Virus record (IMG/VR): IMGVR_UViG_3300032257_000013
Coordinates: 1 to 60,251 of that record
Reading direction: 5' to 3' (one strand)
Length of the DNA: 60,251 bases
Source of the DNA: a virus
Taxonomy: Duplodnaviria > Caudoviricetes
Part shown: positions 8,289 through 18,323 of the stretch, piece by piece
How the letters are laid out: each line of letters begins with the position of its first letter
How positions within the stretch are numbered: position 1 is the stretch's first letter
Translations under genes and position numbers: made by a program
Notes under the pieces: generated by a model
The model's database searches: none
What the model saw: only the letters and a program-made list of their open reading frames with translations
What the model was told of the DNA's origin: nothing

Positions 8289-9085
8289 TGAATACACAAG
8301 TTGCGACGCTGCCCTCAGCGATAGACGAACAACAATTAATTTCAGTTTTATCAACCAGCCTTTATCCGGGCGCTGCGCCTGCAAGCGTAAGCATGGTGCT
8401 CGCGTACTGCAAGGCTTCCGGTCTTGACCCTATGCAGAAGCCCGTTCATATCGTGCCTATGTGGGATAGAAACCTTGGGCGCATGAAGGACGTAATAATG
8501 CCCGGCATTGGGTTATACCGAACCATGGCTGCGCGAGGCGGTGATTATGCGGGCGTTTCTGAGCCGGAATTTGGCGATGATATCACCGAGAATATTGGCG
8601 GCGTAGAAATCACTTACCCTGTTTGGTGCAAAGTTGTCGTAAAGCGCAGGCTGTCAGACGGAACTATAGCGGATTTTTCAGCTATTGAGCGTTGGAAAGA
8701 AAACTACGCAGTAAAAGGCGGAAAAGAAAGATCGATCGCGCCAAATGCTATGTGGGCAAAACGCCCATACGGGCAGATATCAAAATGCGCGGAAGCCCAA
8801 GCATTACGCAAAGCCTTTCCTGAAATTGGCGCGCAGCCAACAGCTGAGGAAATGGAAGGCAAGAGTGTTGAGGTTGATATCACGCCAGAAGTAAACGCAG
8901 AAGCAACACAAGAAGCCACCCTATTACCTTGTTATCCACAAAACAAATTTGAAGAGAACTTTGATAAGTGGGCATCCGCGATTAAATCAGGACAGAAAAC
9001 GCCTGACGAAATTATATTAATGATTGAAAGCAAATACACGCTTTCAGATCAGCAGATCGTAAAAATTAAAGCGGCACAAAAATGA
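8285..9085 (+). CDS. bet: Bet/RecT-type single-strand annealing recombinase
   Basis: YCKASGLDPMQKPVHIVPM, W..RP.GQ..KCAEAQALRKAFPE. Confidence 0.92.
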   Translation: MMNTQVATLPSAIDEQQLISVLSTSLYPGAAPASVSMVLAYCKASGLDPMQKPVHIVPMWDRNLGRMKDVIMPGIGLYRTMAARGGDYAGVSEPEFGDDITENIGGVEITYPVWCKVVVKRRLSDGTIADFSAIERWKENYAVKGGKERSIAPNAMWAKRPYGQISKCAEAQALRKAFPEIGAQPTAEEMEGKSVEVDITPEVNAEATQEATLLPCYPQNKFEENFDKWASAIKSGQKTPDEIILMIESKYTLSDQQIVKIKAAQK

Positions 9086-9864
9086 TAGCTGTGAAAATTC
9101 CAAGGCACGGACTTTTTAAAGACTTAACCTCGAATGTTTTTGGAAGGCTTACCGTCTTGTCTTATGCTGGAAGAATTGGAGTCAATAACCAGTGGAATTG
9201 CAAGTGTACTTGCGGAAATTATTGTATTGTCGCTGGCGGAAATCTAAATAGAGGCAGCACTAAATCATGCGGATGCCTTCATGCTGAAATTGCATCAAAG
9301 GTTCACGCATCCCACAAGATGACAGGAAGTGGTGAATATAGAACATGGATGTCTATGAAAAATAGATGCCTAAACTCAAATGGAATCGGATATATAAATT
9401 ATGGCGGTCGAGGAATAAAAGTTTGCGATAGATGGGTAAATTCATTTGAAAGCTTTTTTTCTGATATGGGGGTAAGACCTAAAGGATCATCCATTGAGCG
9501 AATAAATAATAACGGAAATTATGAGCCATCGAACTGCCGCTGGGCGACAGCAAAAGAACAGGCCAACAACAAAAGATCGAACCATACAATTACGATTAAT
9601 GGCGTAACAAAAACTATGCAAGCGTGGGCTGACGAATGTGGACTGCATTGGTCCGTAATAAAATCTCGCATTAGTTCAGGGCTGTCAGGATATGACTTAA
9701 TCAAGCCATCAGAAAAATACAAGACACTAACCTTCCGTGGAATAACAGATACGTACAAAGGCTGGAGTAATAGAACCGGCATTAAGTCTGAAACTATTTC
9801 GCAGAGAATCAAAAGGAATAAGTGGACAATTGAAAGAACATTAACAGAAGGAGCGACTTTATGA
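9082..9864 (+). CDS. Free-standing HNH homing endonuclease
   Basis: FGRLTV..CKCTCG..KSCGC; YGGRGIKVCDRW; SIERINNNGNYEPSNCRWAT.KEQANN. Confidence 0.85.
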   Translation: MIAVKIPRHGLFKDLTSNVFGRLTVLSYAGRIGVNNQWNCKCTCGNYCIVAGGNLNRGSTKSCGCLHAEIASKVHASHKMTGSGEYRTWMSMKNRCLNSNGIGYINYGGRGIKVCDRWVNSFESFFSDMGVRPKGSSIERINNNGNYEPSNCRWATAKEQANNKRSNHTITINGVTKTMQAWADECGLHWSVIKSRISSGLSGYDLIKPSEKYKTLTFRGITDTYKGWSNRTGIKSETISQRIKRNKWTIERTLTEGATL

Positions 9865-11516
9865 AGATATTAAAATTAACCCAGGGCTCGAACTCTTGGC
9901 ATACCCATAGAGCTGCGCATTTTAATGCGTCCGATGCTCCTGTAATAATGGGATTGTCTAGCTATAAGACACGCGACGAACTGCTACATGAGAAAAAAAC
10001 CGGGATTACTCCAGAGGTAACGCCGGCCACTCAAGCGATATTTGATGATGGTCATAAATTTGAATCAATGGCTCGCGAAATAATAGAAGCTAATCTGGGC
10101 GAAGAATTATATCCAATAACTGGATTTCTTGAGATTGACGGACTTCAACTTTCAGCATCATTTGACGGGATAGACTTTTCAAAAACGTTTTGCTTTGAAC
10201 ACAAAACCCTTAACAGCTCACTTACTAAAGTCGAAACAATAGACGATCTCGACAAGCAATATAAGGTACAGATGCAGCAGCAGATGATGATTTCTGGGTG
10301 CAGTAAATGTCTGTTCGTCGCGAGCAAAGGCGTAAAGGAAGGTATGGTTCAGCTATGGTATGAGTCAGATGACTCTCTTGCCGATGAAATTATTGCTCAT
10401 TGGAAACAATTTGCAATCGATCTTGCCGCATACGAACACCGGCCAGAAGTAATCAAGCCGGACGCAACACCTATTATGGAATTGCCTTCTTTGCTTGTTG
10501 AAGTCCATGGCGGCGTAAAAAACTCGAACCTTACCGTGTATGAATCGAGCGCGCTTAATTTTATCCGAAACATTAACACCGACCTGAAGACCGACGAAGA
10601 CTTTGCCAATGCAGAAGAAACCGTTAAGTTTTGCGGCAAGGCAGAGAAACAGCTCGACCTTGTTAAGCAGCAAGCCATTGCGCAGACCACAGATATTGAA
10701 ACGTTATTCAACACCATGGATCGGCTTCGCGAAGAGCTGCGCACCAAGCGACTGTCACTTGAAAAGCTTGTTAAGGCGCAGAAGGCCACTATTAAATCTG
10801 AAATACTACGCGAAGCAATGGATTCATTTAAGGCGCACATTGCCACCACAAATGAAGGGCTTGGCGGAAATTACCTTCCGGCCTTTGGTGTTGATTTTTC
10901 CGGTGCCATGAAAGGCAAGCGTACCATCACATCAATACGAGGTGCTGCAAACGATGAGCTGGCACGGGTAAAGATTGAGGTCAGCGCAAAAGCAGAAGCA
11001 ATACGCATCAACCTGGCTTCGCTTCGTGATCTTGCGTCAGATTATAAGTTTCTATTCAGTGATGTTATGCAGATCATCACGAAAGCAAATGATGACTTAG
11101 TGTTGCTGATCAACAGCCGGATAAACGAACACAAGAAATCTGAAGAAGATCGACTTGAAGCTGAACGTGAAAAAATCCGTCAGGAAGAGGCAGCCAAGCT
11201 TCAAGCGGAAGCAGATAAAAAGACCGAGAATGGAGCGCAGGCTAATCATGAACAGGTAGAGAAGCAGCAGTACCGCGCGCCTGTTAATCCATCGCGAACG
11301 CTAGGCCATCCCGGGCCAGCAGAACGATCATCAAAAACAGAGCCACGGGAAGATATTACACCAACGTTCTACAAAGAAGACGCAATCAATGCAATCAGAG
11401 AAACAGCCAAACCAATGTCTGAAAAAAAGGCACTGGCCATCCTGGCTGCAATCGAGCGCGGCGACATACCCGGCGTCCAGGCTTATTACTCAACATCAAA
11501 ACAGGAAGCGGCGTAA
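9861..11516 (+). CDS. YqaJ/lambda-exonuclease family protein with coiled-coil C-terminus
   Basis: W...R..FNASDAP..MG.S.YKT, SASFDG, FEHK, Y.VQMQQQM. Confidence 0.9.
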   Translation: MKILKLTQGSNSWHTHRAAHFNASDAPVIMGLSSYKTRDELLHEKKTGITPEVTPATQAIFDDGHKFESMAREIIEANLGEELYPITGFLEIDGLQLSASFDGIDFSKTFCFEHKTLNSSLTKVETIDDLDKQYKVQMQQQMMISGCSKCLFVASKGVKEGMVQLWYESDDSLADEIIAHWKQFAIDLAAYEHRPEVIKPDATPIMELPSLLVEVHGGVKNSNLTVYESSALNFIRNINTDLKTDEDFANAEETVKFCGKAEKQLDLVKQQAIAQTTDIETLFNTMDRLREELRTKRLSLEKLVKAQKATIKSEILREAMDSFKAHIATTNEGLGGNYLPAFGVDFSGAMKGKRTITSIRGAANDELARVKIEVSAKAEAIRINLASLRDLASDYKFLFSDVMQIITKANDDLVLLINSRINEHKKSEEDRLEAEREKIRQEEAAKLQAEADKKTENGAQANHEQVEKQQYRAPVNPSRTLGHPGPAERSSKTEPREDITPTFYKEDAINAIRETAKPMSEKKALAILAAIERGDIPGVQAYYSTSKQEAA

Positions 11517-12115
11517 TGGAAAAACTTAATGAGTCGGAAGACATGCATATTTTATTTTTTGATACGGAAACAAACGGAATGGTTGACTGGAAAAGTCCGT
11601 CTGACGGGAAAGATCAGCCTCACATAGTTCAGCTCGCAGCTCATGTTGTTAAAGCCAGCACACGAAAAGTAATCCAGAGTGTGAACGTCATTGTTAGGCC
11701 GGATAATTGGGAAATCCCCCAAGAAATGACCGACATCCATGGAATAACAATGGATCAGGCTGTTGGTGTTGGGGTACCAGAATCGCTTGCGCTCGACATT
11801 ATTTTAATGATGCAAGAATCTTGCGATTTGCGTGTAGCGCATAACACGACATTCGATAATAGAATTATTCGCATTGCTGCGAAACGATACGGCGATGAAG
11901 ACGCGGTTGGCGATTGGAAAGATGGCCAGTATTTTTGTACTTGTCAAAACGCAAGAAAAATTATGGGAGGAAAACTTCCTAAACTCGAAGAAGCCTACAA
12001 GCATTTCACCGGCAAGCAGCTAGAAAACGCACACACGGCCATCGCTGATGTGAATGCTTGCATGGCTGTCTATTGGGCAATTCAAGACCACCTAGCGACA
12101 TCAAGCGCAGCATAA
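11516..12115 (+). CDS. DEDDh 3'-5' exonuclease (DnaQ-like)
   Basis: FDTETNG, AHN.TFD, AHTAIADV. Confidence 0.9.
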   Translation: MEKLNESEDMHILFFDTETNGMVDWKSPSDGKDQPHIVQLAAHVVKASTRKVIQSVNVIVRPDNWEIPQEMTDIHGITMDQAVGVGVPESLALDIILMMQESCDLRVAHNTTFDNRIIRIAAKRYGDEDAVGDWKDGQYFCTCQNARKIMGGKLPKLEEAYKHFTGKQLENAHTAIADVNACMAVYWAIQDHLATSSAA

Positions 12116-12136
12116 AAATAACCATTAGAGGGCAGC

Positions 12137-12385
12137 ATGAATAATATTAAAACAATAAACATTCCCGTTTATGAATCAACCGACGGCAGACAATTTACCG
12201 GCGAAGAAGAAGCCGTGCTTCACCAAGTCGAGCTTGATATGAAAGAACCCATCTCAAGATACGTTAACGAGCTGGAATACAAAGACAAGCATAAGGCCAT
12301 TGTCGCCAGTCATATTTTGATCTGGGAGCAAGCAAAGGCTATGCGGGATATGCAAAACACACCACAACCTCAGGAGGCTTCTTAA
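12137..12385 (+). CDS. Hypothetical protein
   Basis: RBS AGAGGG; YESTDGRQF motif common in small phage proteins. Confidence 0.55.
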   Translation: MNNIKTINIPVYESTDGRQFTGEEEAVLHQVELDMKEPISRYVNELEYKDKHKAIVASHILIWEQAKAMRDMQNTPQPQEAS

Positions 12386-12386
12386 C

Positions 12387-12827
12387 GTGGCTAACGATTT
12401 AAATAACTGTAATTTTATAGGCAGACTTGGTAAAGATGTCGAAATTCGTTACATGCCTTCAGGTGGTGCGGTCGCTTCATTCTCTATCGCTGTAGGCAGT
12501 CAGTGGACTGATAAACAGTCTGGCGAAAAACGAGAAGAAACGGAATGGGTGAATCTAACCGCTTTCGGAAAACTTGCTGAGATATGCGAAAAATATTTAA
12601 CGAAAGGCTCTCAAGTGTTCGTGTCTGGACGCATGAAAACGGACAAGTATGAAAAAGACGGTGTAACGCGGTATTCAACAAAGGTGATTGTTGACCGCAT
12701 GCAGATGCTTGGTAGCAGGGGTGACAACCAACAATCAGCACAGAATAACAGCACTGCTCAGGCTAAGACTGCACAGCCTGCGCAACAAGCGAATGTTGAC
12801 GATTTCGACGACGACATTCCATTCTGA
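12387..12827 (+). CDS. ssb: Single-stranded DNA-binding protein
   Basis: IGRLGKD.E.RY OB fold; DFDDDIPF tail. Confidence 0.96.
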   Translation: MANDLNNCNFIGRLGKDVEIRYMPSGGAVASFSIAVGSQWTDKQSGEKREETEWVNLTAFGKLAEICEKYLTKGSQVFVSGRMKTDKYEKDGVTRYSTKVIVDRMQMLGSRGDNQQSAQNNSTAQAKTAQPAQQANVDDFDDDIPF

Positions 12828-12847
12828 TACTTACCTGAGAAATTATA

Positions 12848-13864
12848 ATGAAAAAATATACGCTTCCAACTGGATATTTAATTGTTGACGATTACTCAAA
12901 AGGTAAGCTGGAAACATTGTCGATAGGCGATTACGGAAAAGCCGTTAATGTAAAGGCTGATTTTCTTGGCTACACAAAAGAAATAAACGGTGTTCCTAAT
13001 GTCCCTTGCATGCCATTAACAGAGAAATGGGTAATCACTTTAAGCACCCAATATGGCTGCGTCATGAAGTGTAACTTTTGTGATGTTCCGAATGTTTCGT
13101 GGCAAGGAAATGCGACTTTTGACGATTTGAAAATGCAGTTTTTTAATGCTGTTAAGTGTTTCCCTGAAATAAAGTATACAGAGCGGTTAAACATTCACTT
13201 TGCAAGGATGGGGGAACCTATTTTCAATAAAGCAGTATTTGAGTTTGCAAGATGGCTATATAAGTCAAAAGACATTATACAGCACTCGCTGGGCCTGCGA
13301 ATTGAGGTTATCCATCCGGTTTTAACAACATCTTTGCCAAAGGACTTCTCTGGCCTGGAAGATAAGCTGTACGAGTGGTGCAGTATTAAAAACGATTTAT
13401 ACAACGGTCAAGCTGGGCTTCAATTCAGCATTAATTCAACATCACCATCGCAACGTGATGAAATGTTCGGTGGAATGGCAATGGATTTAATACATTTTTC
13501 AAAATTGGCAGAAAACTTACCAAATCCAATTGGTAGAAAATATTGCCTCAACTTTGCTTATTCTACTGATTATGAGATTGACGCACAATTTCTATCAACA
13601 CTGTTTGATAAAGAAAAATTCATGTGCAAGATCACACCTATCCACAACAACAACTCATGCCGCGACAATAATATCTCCACGATAGGTGGGTATGACTCAT
13701 ATCTGCCATACCGAAAGCCAGAAGACGATTTAAAGCGCGCTGGGTTTGATGTGCTGGTATTCGTTCCCTCAATGGATGAAGAAAATGGGCTGGTTACATG
13801 CGGAAATGCGGTTCTTGGCGGTAGTGAAATAAAAGTATCGGCAAAGATTCCCAACATAGCATAA
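12848..13864 (+). CDS. Radical SAM enzyme, RlmN/Cfr-like
   Basis: STQYGCVMKCNFC (CxxxCxxC), RMGEP, LQFSINS, C-terminal TCGN (compare AACGQL). Confidence 0.8.
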   Translation: MKKYTLPTGYLIVDDYSKGKLETLSIGDYGKAVNVKADFLGYTKEINGVPNVPCMPLTEKWVITLSTQYGCVMKCNFCDVPNVSWQGNATFDDLKMQFFNAVKCFPEIKYTERLNIHFARMGEPIFNKAVFEFARWLYKSKDIIQHSLGLRIEVIHPVLTTSLPKDFSGLEDKLYEWCSIKNDLYNGQAGLQFSINSTSPSQRDEMFGGMAMDLIHFSKLAENLPNPIGRKYCLNFAYSTDYEIDAQFLSTLFDKEKFMCKITPIHNNNSCRDNNISTIGGYDSYLPYRKPEDDLKRAGFDVLVFVPSMDEENGLVTCGNAVLGGSEIKVSAKIPNIA

Positions 13865-13921
13865 CCACGCAATGCCAAAACTAATAAAAATAAACAGCGA
13901 ACGAATTTAGGAGTTACTTAA

Positions 13922-15373
13922 GTGATAGCACATTCAGAACAAATGGATTTCATGTTCGCTAGAGAACTAATCATCGATAACTTCGCTGGCGGTGGCGGCG
14001 CGAGTCATGGCATTGAGCAAGCATTTGGACGCCATGTTGATATCGCCATCAACCATGACCCTGAAGCAATTGCCATGCACATGGCGAACCACCCACATAC
14101 TGAGCATCACTGCGAAAGCGTTTGGGATATTGACCCAATTACAGCAACAAATGGCCGGCCGGTCGGCCTGGCGTGGTTTAGTCCAGACTGCAAGCACTTC
14201 TCGAAGGCCAAGGGAGGCAAGCCAGTAGAGAAGAAGATCCGTGGTCTAGCTTGGATTGTCGTTAAATGGGCAAAGCTGGTTAAACCCAGAGTGATCATGT
14301 TAGAGAACGTCGAGGAATTTCAGGATTGGGGGCCACTGAAAGATGACGACAAACCCTGCCCTGTTCGTAAAGGCCACACGTTCCGTCGCTGGAAGCAACA
14401 GCTGATCGATCTTGGCTACCAGGTAGAACACCGGCAACTGAGAGCATGCGACTATGGTTCTCCGACTATCCGCAAACGCCTATTCCTAATTGCTCGCTGT
14501 GATGGCCGGCCAATTGTTTGGCCGAAACCAACGCATGGCAAAGGGAAAAGGCTTGAGCCATTCAAAACAGCTGCAGACTGCATGGATTGGAAATTGCCAA
14601 CACCATCAATTTTCTTAACCAAAGAGGAAGGCCGAGCAATCAAAGTACGCCGTCCACTGGCTGAAGCTACAATGGCGCGCATTGCCAAAGGCGTTAAGCG
14701 TTATGTTCTAGGCAGCGCCAAACCATTTATTGTTCCTATCGCCAACTACAATGGAAGTGTGATTGCTCATGATATTGATGAGCCGCTACGCACTATCACC
14801 GCCTCTCCAAAGGGTGGCTCATTTGCTTTGGTTTCAGCATTCCTGGCTAAACATTATACCGGAGTCATCGGTCACGAAATCGATAAGCCCATCGGAACGG
14901 TAACAACGGTCGATCATCATTCTCTGGTAGCCAGCCACATGATCAAGCTACGCGGCAGCTGTAAAGACGGCCAGCCCATCGACAAGCCAGCGCCAACCAT
15001 AACGGCTGGAGGCACTCATCTTGGCGAGGTTCGAGCCTTTCTTATTAAATACTATGGAACCGATCAAGATCCGCACCTCAATAAACCTATGCACACGGTT
15101 ACAACTAAAGACAGGTTCGGCCTTGTGACGGTTCACGGCGAAGAATATCAGATCGTTGATATTGGAATGCGAATGCTGGCACCACGTGAGCTTTACCGCG
15201 CACAAGGGTTTCCTGACAACTACATCATTGACGTAGAGCTCAATGGCAGAAAGCTTAGCAAAGCAGCCCAAGTACGGATGTGTGGCAACTCGGTATCGCC
15301 CAACGTAGCAATAGCACTGGTAAAAGCAAATGTTGGCGTAACTACAGTAGCTAAGCAAAAGGGAGCAGCATAA
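13922..15373 (+). CDS. C5-cytosine DNA methyltransferase
   Basis: FAGGGG, SPDCKHFS, ENV, R.RLF, RAQGFP, CGNSV. Confidence 0.93.
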   Translation: MIAHSEQMDFMFARELIIDNFAGGGGASHGIEQAFGRHVDIAINHDPEAIAMHMANHPHTEHHCESVWDIDPITATNGRPVGLAWFSPDCKHFSKAKGGKPVEKKIRGLAWIVVKWAKLVKPRVIMLENVEEFQDWGPLKDDDKPCPVRKGHTFRRWKQQLIDLGYQVEHRQLRACDYGSPTIRKRLFLIARCDGRPIVWPKPTHGKGKRLEPFKTAADCMDWKLPTPSIFLTKEEGRAIKVRRPLAEATMARIAKGVKRYVLGSAKPFIVPIANYNGSVIAHDIDEPLRTITASPKGGSFALVSAFLAKHYTGVIGHEIDKPIGTVTTVDHHSLVASHMIKLRGSCKDGQPIDKPAPTITAGGTHLGEVRAFLIKYYGTDQDPHLNKPMHTVTTKDRFGLVTVHGEEYQIVDIGMRMLAPRELYRAQGFPDNYIIDVELNGRKLSKAAQVRMCGNSVSPNVAIALVKANVGVTTVAKQKGAA

Positions 15374-15376
15374 ACA

Positions 15377-15946
15377 ATGGCATCAAAAACAGAAGCGTAT
15401 CCCCTGTCATGGCCCCAAGATTGGTCGAGAACGAGTAAGCCAACAAAAAGTCAGTTTAAAACTAGCTTAACCGGCGCGCTCAAGAACGTGACAGATTCGC
15501 TTAAGAAGTTTTCTAATGACTCAGGCAAAAAGATTGAGAATCAAATTATCTCGTCGAATGTCACCCTGGGTAATCTTCGGCCAAATGATTCAGGCGTCGC
15601 CGTGTATTTTTCATGGGACGGAATATCCACCTGCATTGCTGTAGATCGATACACAAAGGTTGAGGAAAATCTGCAAGCTATCCATCACTGCATTGAGGCA
15701 GAACGGACAAAGCTTCGTCATGGCGGGCTCAATATTGTGAGGGCTACATTTCGCGGATATGCAGCGCTTCCACCGCCATCCATAAGTGATTGGTGGGATG
15801 TTCTTGAGTGCAGGCGCGACGCATCGCGAACAGCCATCGATCTAAACTATAAGCGGCTAAGAAAAGACTCACACCCTGATCGCGGCGGCAATGATGAATG
15901 GTTCAATAATGTTCAGCAGGCTTACAAAGAATCTAAGCAGTCATGA
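15377..15946 (+). CDS. Phage J-domain protein
   Basis: AYPLSWP N-terminus; WWDVL..HPDRGG C-terminal J domain. Confidence 0.85.
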   Translation: MASKTEAYPLSWPQDWSRTSKPTKSQFKTSLTGALKNVTDSLKKFSNDSGKKIENQIISSNVTLGNLRPNDSGVAVYFSWDGISTCIAVDRYTKVEENLQAIHHCIEAERTKLRHGGLNIVRATFRGYAALPPPSISDWWDVLECRRDASRTAIDLNYKRLRKDSHPDRGGNDEWFNNVQQAYKESKQS

Positions 15947-16155
15947 CAAACAATCTCACAGACGAGCAATGCAACACTATGCCGGCACGTGAATTGTCAG
16001 AAGCAAGCGGCTTGCCTGAAACGACAATACGCTCACGAAAGCAGCGCGGGGATACTGGTAGACGCTTAATACGCCCTTTAGTTTCGCACAGTGCAAGTGT
16101 TGGCAATAGGCGGCATAAGACTGACGGGCATCCTTGGCGTAAATGGGCTGGGTAA
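15943..16155 (+). CDS. Small HTH-like protein (possible endonuclease remnant)
   Basis: ARELSEASGLPETTIRSR resembles the C-terminal DNA-binding repeats of HNH endonucleases. Confidence 0.45.
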   Translation: MTNNLTDEQCNTMPARELSEASGLPETTIRSRKQRGDTGRRLIRPLVSHSASVGNRRHKTDGHPWRKWAG

Positions 16156-16167
16156 CGGGGTAGAGAA

Positions 16168-16650
16168 ATGAAAACAACAACATCACAAGTAACAAAATTA
16201 GTTCTAACTGACTTAGACCGGCTTGATCCTGTTTCTGTAATTACTGAGGATTTTGGATCAGAAAGAGGCAAGATAATTATCGAATGCTACGGTAAAGCAT
16301 GGACAGCCTATTGGGGGTCGATGGGCTGTAACTCAGTAGCTATATTCTTCTACGAAAGTAACGAGCATTACCTCGCAGGAAAGCTCAGCAATATTGATGA
16401 CCATGTATACGATATCGATGCTATACGAGAGTCAGCGGAAGAAAAAGGCATTGAATGCTGGCGTGATGATCCTTGGCATGACCATGAATTTTTACATGCT
16501 ATGTATGGGCCAGACATGACTGAATGGCATAATAGTTTGCCAAAAAAATCAAACTCAGATTATCTATACCTATGTCGAATCATTAAAGCAGTGCAAGAAG
16601 CTTTTAGGAACATCATTGCTGAGCATGACAATAGTAAAGAGGTGGGATGA
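16168..16650 (+). CDS. Conserved-type phage hypothetical protein
   Basis: LDPV.V..ED....GKIII.CYG.AW..YWG.MG..Y.YL.RII.AVQ pattern. Confidence 0.65.
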   Translation: MKTTTSQVTKLVLTDLDRLDPVSVITEDFGSERGKIIIECYGKAWTAYWGSMGCNSVAIFFYESNEHYLAGKLSNIDDHVYDIDAIRESAEEKGIECWRDDPWHDHEFLHAMYGPDMTEWHNSLPKKSNSDYLYLCRIIKAVQEAFRNIIAEHDNSKEVG

Positions 16651-16886
16651 TGCTTGATAACGACGGATACCATAACTATTTACGCCAAAGGATCAGCCTT
16701 GAAAATAAATTAACTGATATTGGCAGCACGCAAGAAAGCATAGAAATAGAATCGCAGATGATGTTTGTTGAGGAACGACTATTGGCTCGCATTAAACAAT
16801 CTCATTCACACGCAAGGCAGGAACTAAACGCATTGAAAATGGTGCTAATAGAGTCATCAAAAGATGATGCAATAAGTGAGAAATGA
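16647..16886 (+). CDS. Hypothetical coiled-coil protein
   Basis: ATGA-coupled ORF. Confidence 0.55.
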   Translation: MMLDNDGYHNYLRQRISLENKLTDIGSTQESIEIESQMMFVEERLLARIKQSHSHARQELNALKMVLIESSKDDAISEK

Positions 16887-17077
16887 CTTATATATTAGCT
16901 AAAGACAGAAAGCCGGAGACGGGTGTTGACGTCTATGTGGTTACAGAGTCAGGGGTCAAGGGTGTAGCAAAGTATTGGGATTTAACTGGCGCTTGGCTAA
17001 CACAGGATAACAACCTTAAAACTTCAGATATTGTGAAGAAGTGGCAATATGCCGAGGCAACCGCAGATGAAGCTTAG
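16883..17077 (+). CDS. Small hypothetical protein (DUF551-like)
   Basis: KDRKPE...V.V....V..WQ pattern; coupled. Confidence 0.5.
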   Translation: MTYILAKDRKPETGVDVYVVTESGVKGVAKYWDLTGAWLTQDNNLKTSDIVKKWQYAEATADEA

Positions 17078-17264
17078 TTTTAAAGAAGATAAATACGCCT
17101 TAAAAATAGCAAGGTTAGAGAAGTGGCATAGATACTTCGCTTTAATACCTATTCGTGTTGCGCGTGAAGACTATCGATGGCTTGAATATATAGAACGAAA
17201 AGGGGCATGTATTGGAATCGTTAATAGGCGGTGGTCTTGGAAATATAGGGAAATTAGTGATTGA
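17067..17264 (+). CDS. Hypothetical protein
   Basis: WHRYFALIP.R...RWLE.I.RK pattern; GAGG RBS. Confidence 0.5.
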   Translation: MKLSFKEDKYALKIARLEKWHRYFALIPIRVAREDYRWLEYIERKGACIGIVNRRWSWKYREISD

Positions 17265-17267
17265 GCT

Positions 17268-17489
17268 ATGAGTTATCCAGCATTTAAAGAAATGGATCTG
17301 TGGACAAGGGTGCGCGCCACAAAGGATATAACAACTAAAAACCGAACAATGAAAGCTGGAGATACAGGGGTAATTATTGAGCGGTACGCTTATGTCGTTG
17401 GCGTTAGACCAGACGGAAAAAAGCTTACTGTAGAAACAGGCTGTGAAACAGCTTTGGAAATTATCAGCACTCCCAAAAACAATGAATGA
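17268..17489 (+). CDS. Hypothetical SH3-like small protein
   Basis: RVRATKDI..KAGDTGVIIE. Confidence 0.5.
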   Translation: MSYPAFKEMDLWTRVRATKDITTKNRTMKAGDTGVIIERYAYVVGVRPDGKKLTVETGCETALEIISTPKNNE

Positions 17490-17524
17490 AATAGCTAAAC
17501 AAGCACTGCAACAGGTTAAGGCCA

Positions 17525-18007
17525 ATGATTAAAGGCGCAACATTTTCTCATTGCGAAAAGTACCGGTACAGCCTTTGGCGGTTTTGGGATAAAAACCCCT
17601 ACGCCTTATTTTTGATGTTAAACCCAAGCACAGCAGATGAAGAAAATAACGATCCGACTGTAGAGCGGTGTCAAAGATATGCTGCCCAATGGGGCTATGG
17701 TGGCTTGGTCGTATGTAATATTTTTGCCTATAGAGCAACCAAACCTAAAGATATGAAATCACAGGATGATCCCGTTGGGCCAGATAACGATGATTATATT
17801 ACCAAGCAAGCCGCTGATGCAGGAATAGTTGTATGTGCCTGGGGTAATCATGGTAGCCACGAAAATAGATCAAAAAATATCGTTGCCACGCTAAGAGAAA
17901 GTAATATTGAGCTGCACTGCCTGAAAATTACAAAGCAAGGCGAGCCTGGCCATCCCTTGTATTTACGTAAAGATATTGAGCCCCAGCGTTGGAACGGTGA
18001 GCGATGA
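17525..18007 (+). CDS. DUF1643 family protein
   Basis: YRY.L.R.W, MLNPSTAD..NDPT, N.FA.RAT.P, AWG, HPLY. Confidence 0.88.
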   Translation: MIKGATFSHCEKYRYSLWRFWDKNPYALFLMLNPSTADEENNDPTVERCQRYAAQWGYGGLVVCNIFAYRATKPKDMKSQDDPVGPDNDDYITKQAADAGIVVCAWGNHGSHENRSKNIVATLRESNIELHCLKITKQGEPGHPLYLRKDIEPQRWNGER

Positions 18008-18321
18008 AAATCTTACATTTAACATTAAAAAAACAATGGTTTGATTTGATAGCCAGCGGCTCAAAAACTATTGAATATCGAGAATTTAAGAACTATTGGG
18101 TATCAAGATTGATGACTTCTGACGGCAGATTACGTAATGACTTTGATGAAGTGCATTTTCGCAACGGTTACTCAAAGGGTTCGCCATTTATGAGGGTGGA
18201 ATTTTCAGCAATTCGCGTGGTGCAAACACGTCACCATCCAGCTATGAACGGGGAACCACTAACCGATAGCCATTACTTCGCTATTTATCTTGGGTCAGTG
18301 CTGAATGAGAAAGCGGCGTAG
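18004..18321 (+). CDS. ASCH domain protein
   Basis: LHLTLKKQWFD.I.SG.KT.EYR. Confidence 0.85.
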   Translation: MKILHLTLKKQWFDLIASGSKTIEYREFKNYWVSRLMTSDGRLRNDFDEVHFRNGYSKGSPFMRVEFSAIRVVQTRHHPAMNGEPLTDSHYFAIYLGSVLNEKAA

Positions 18322-18323
18322 AA

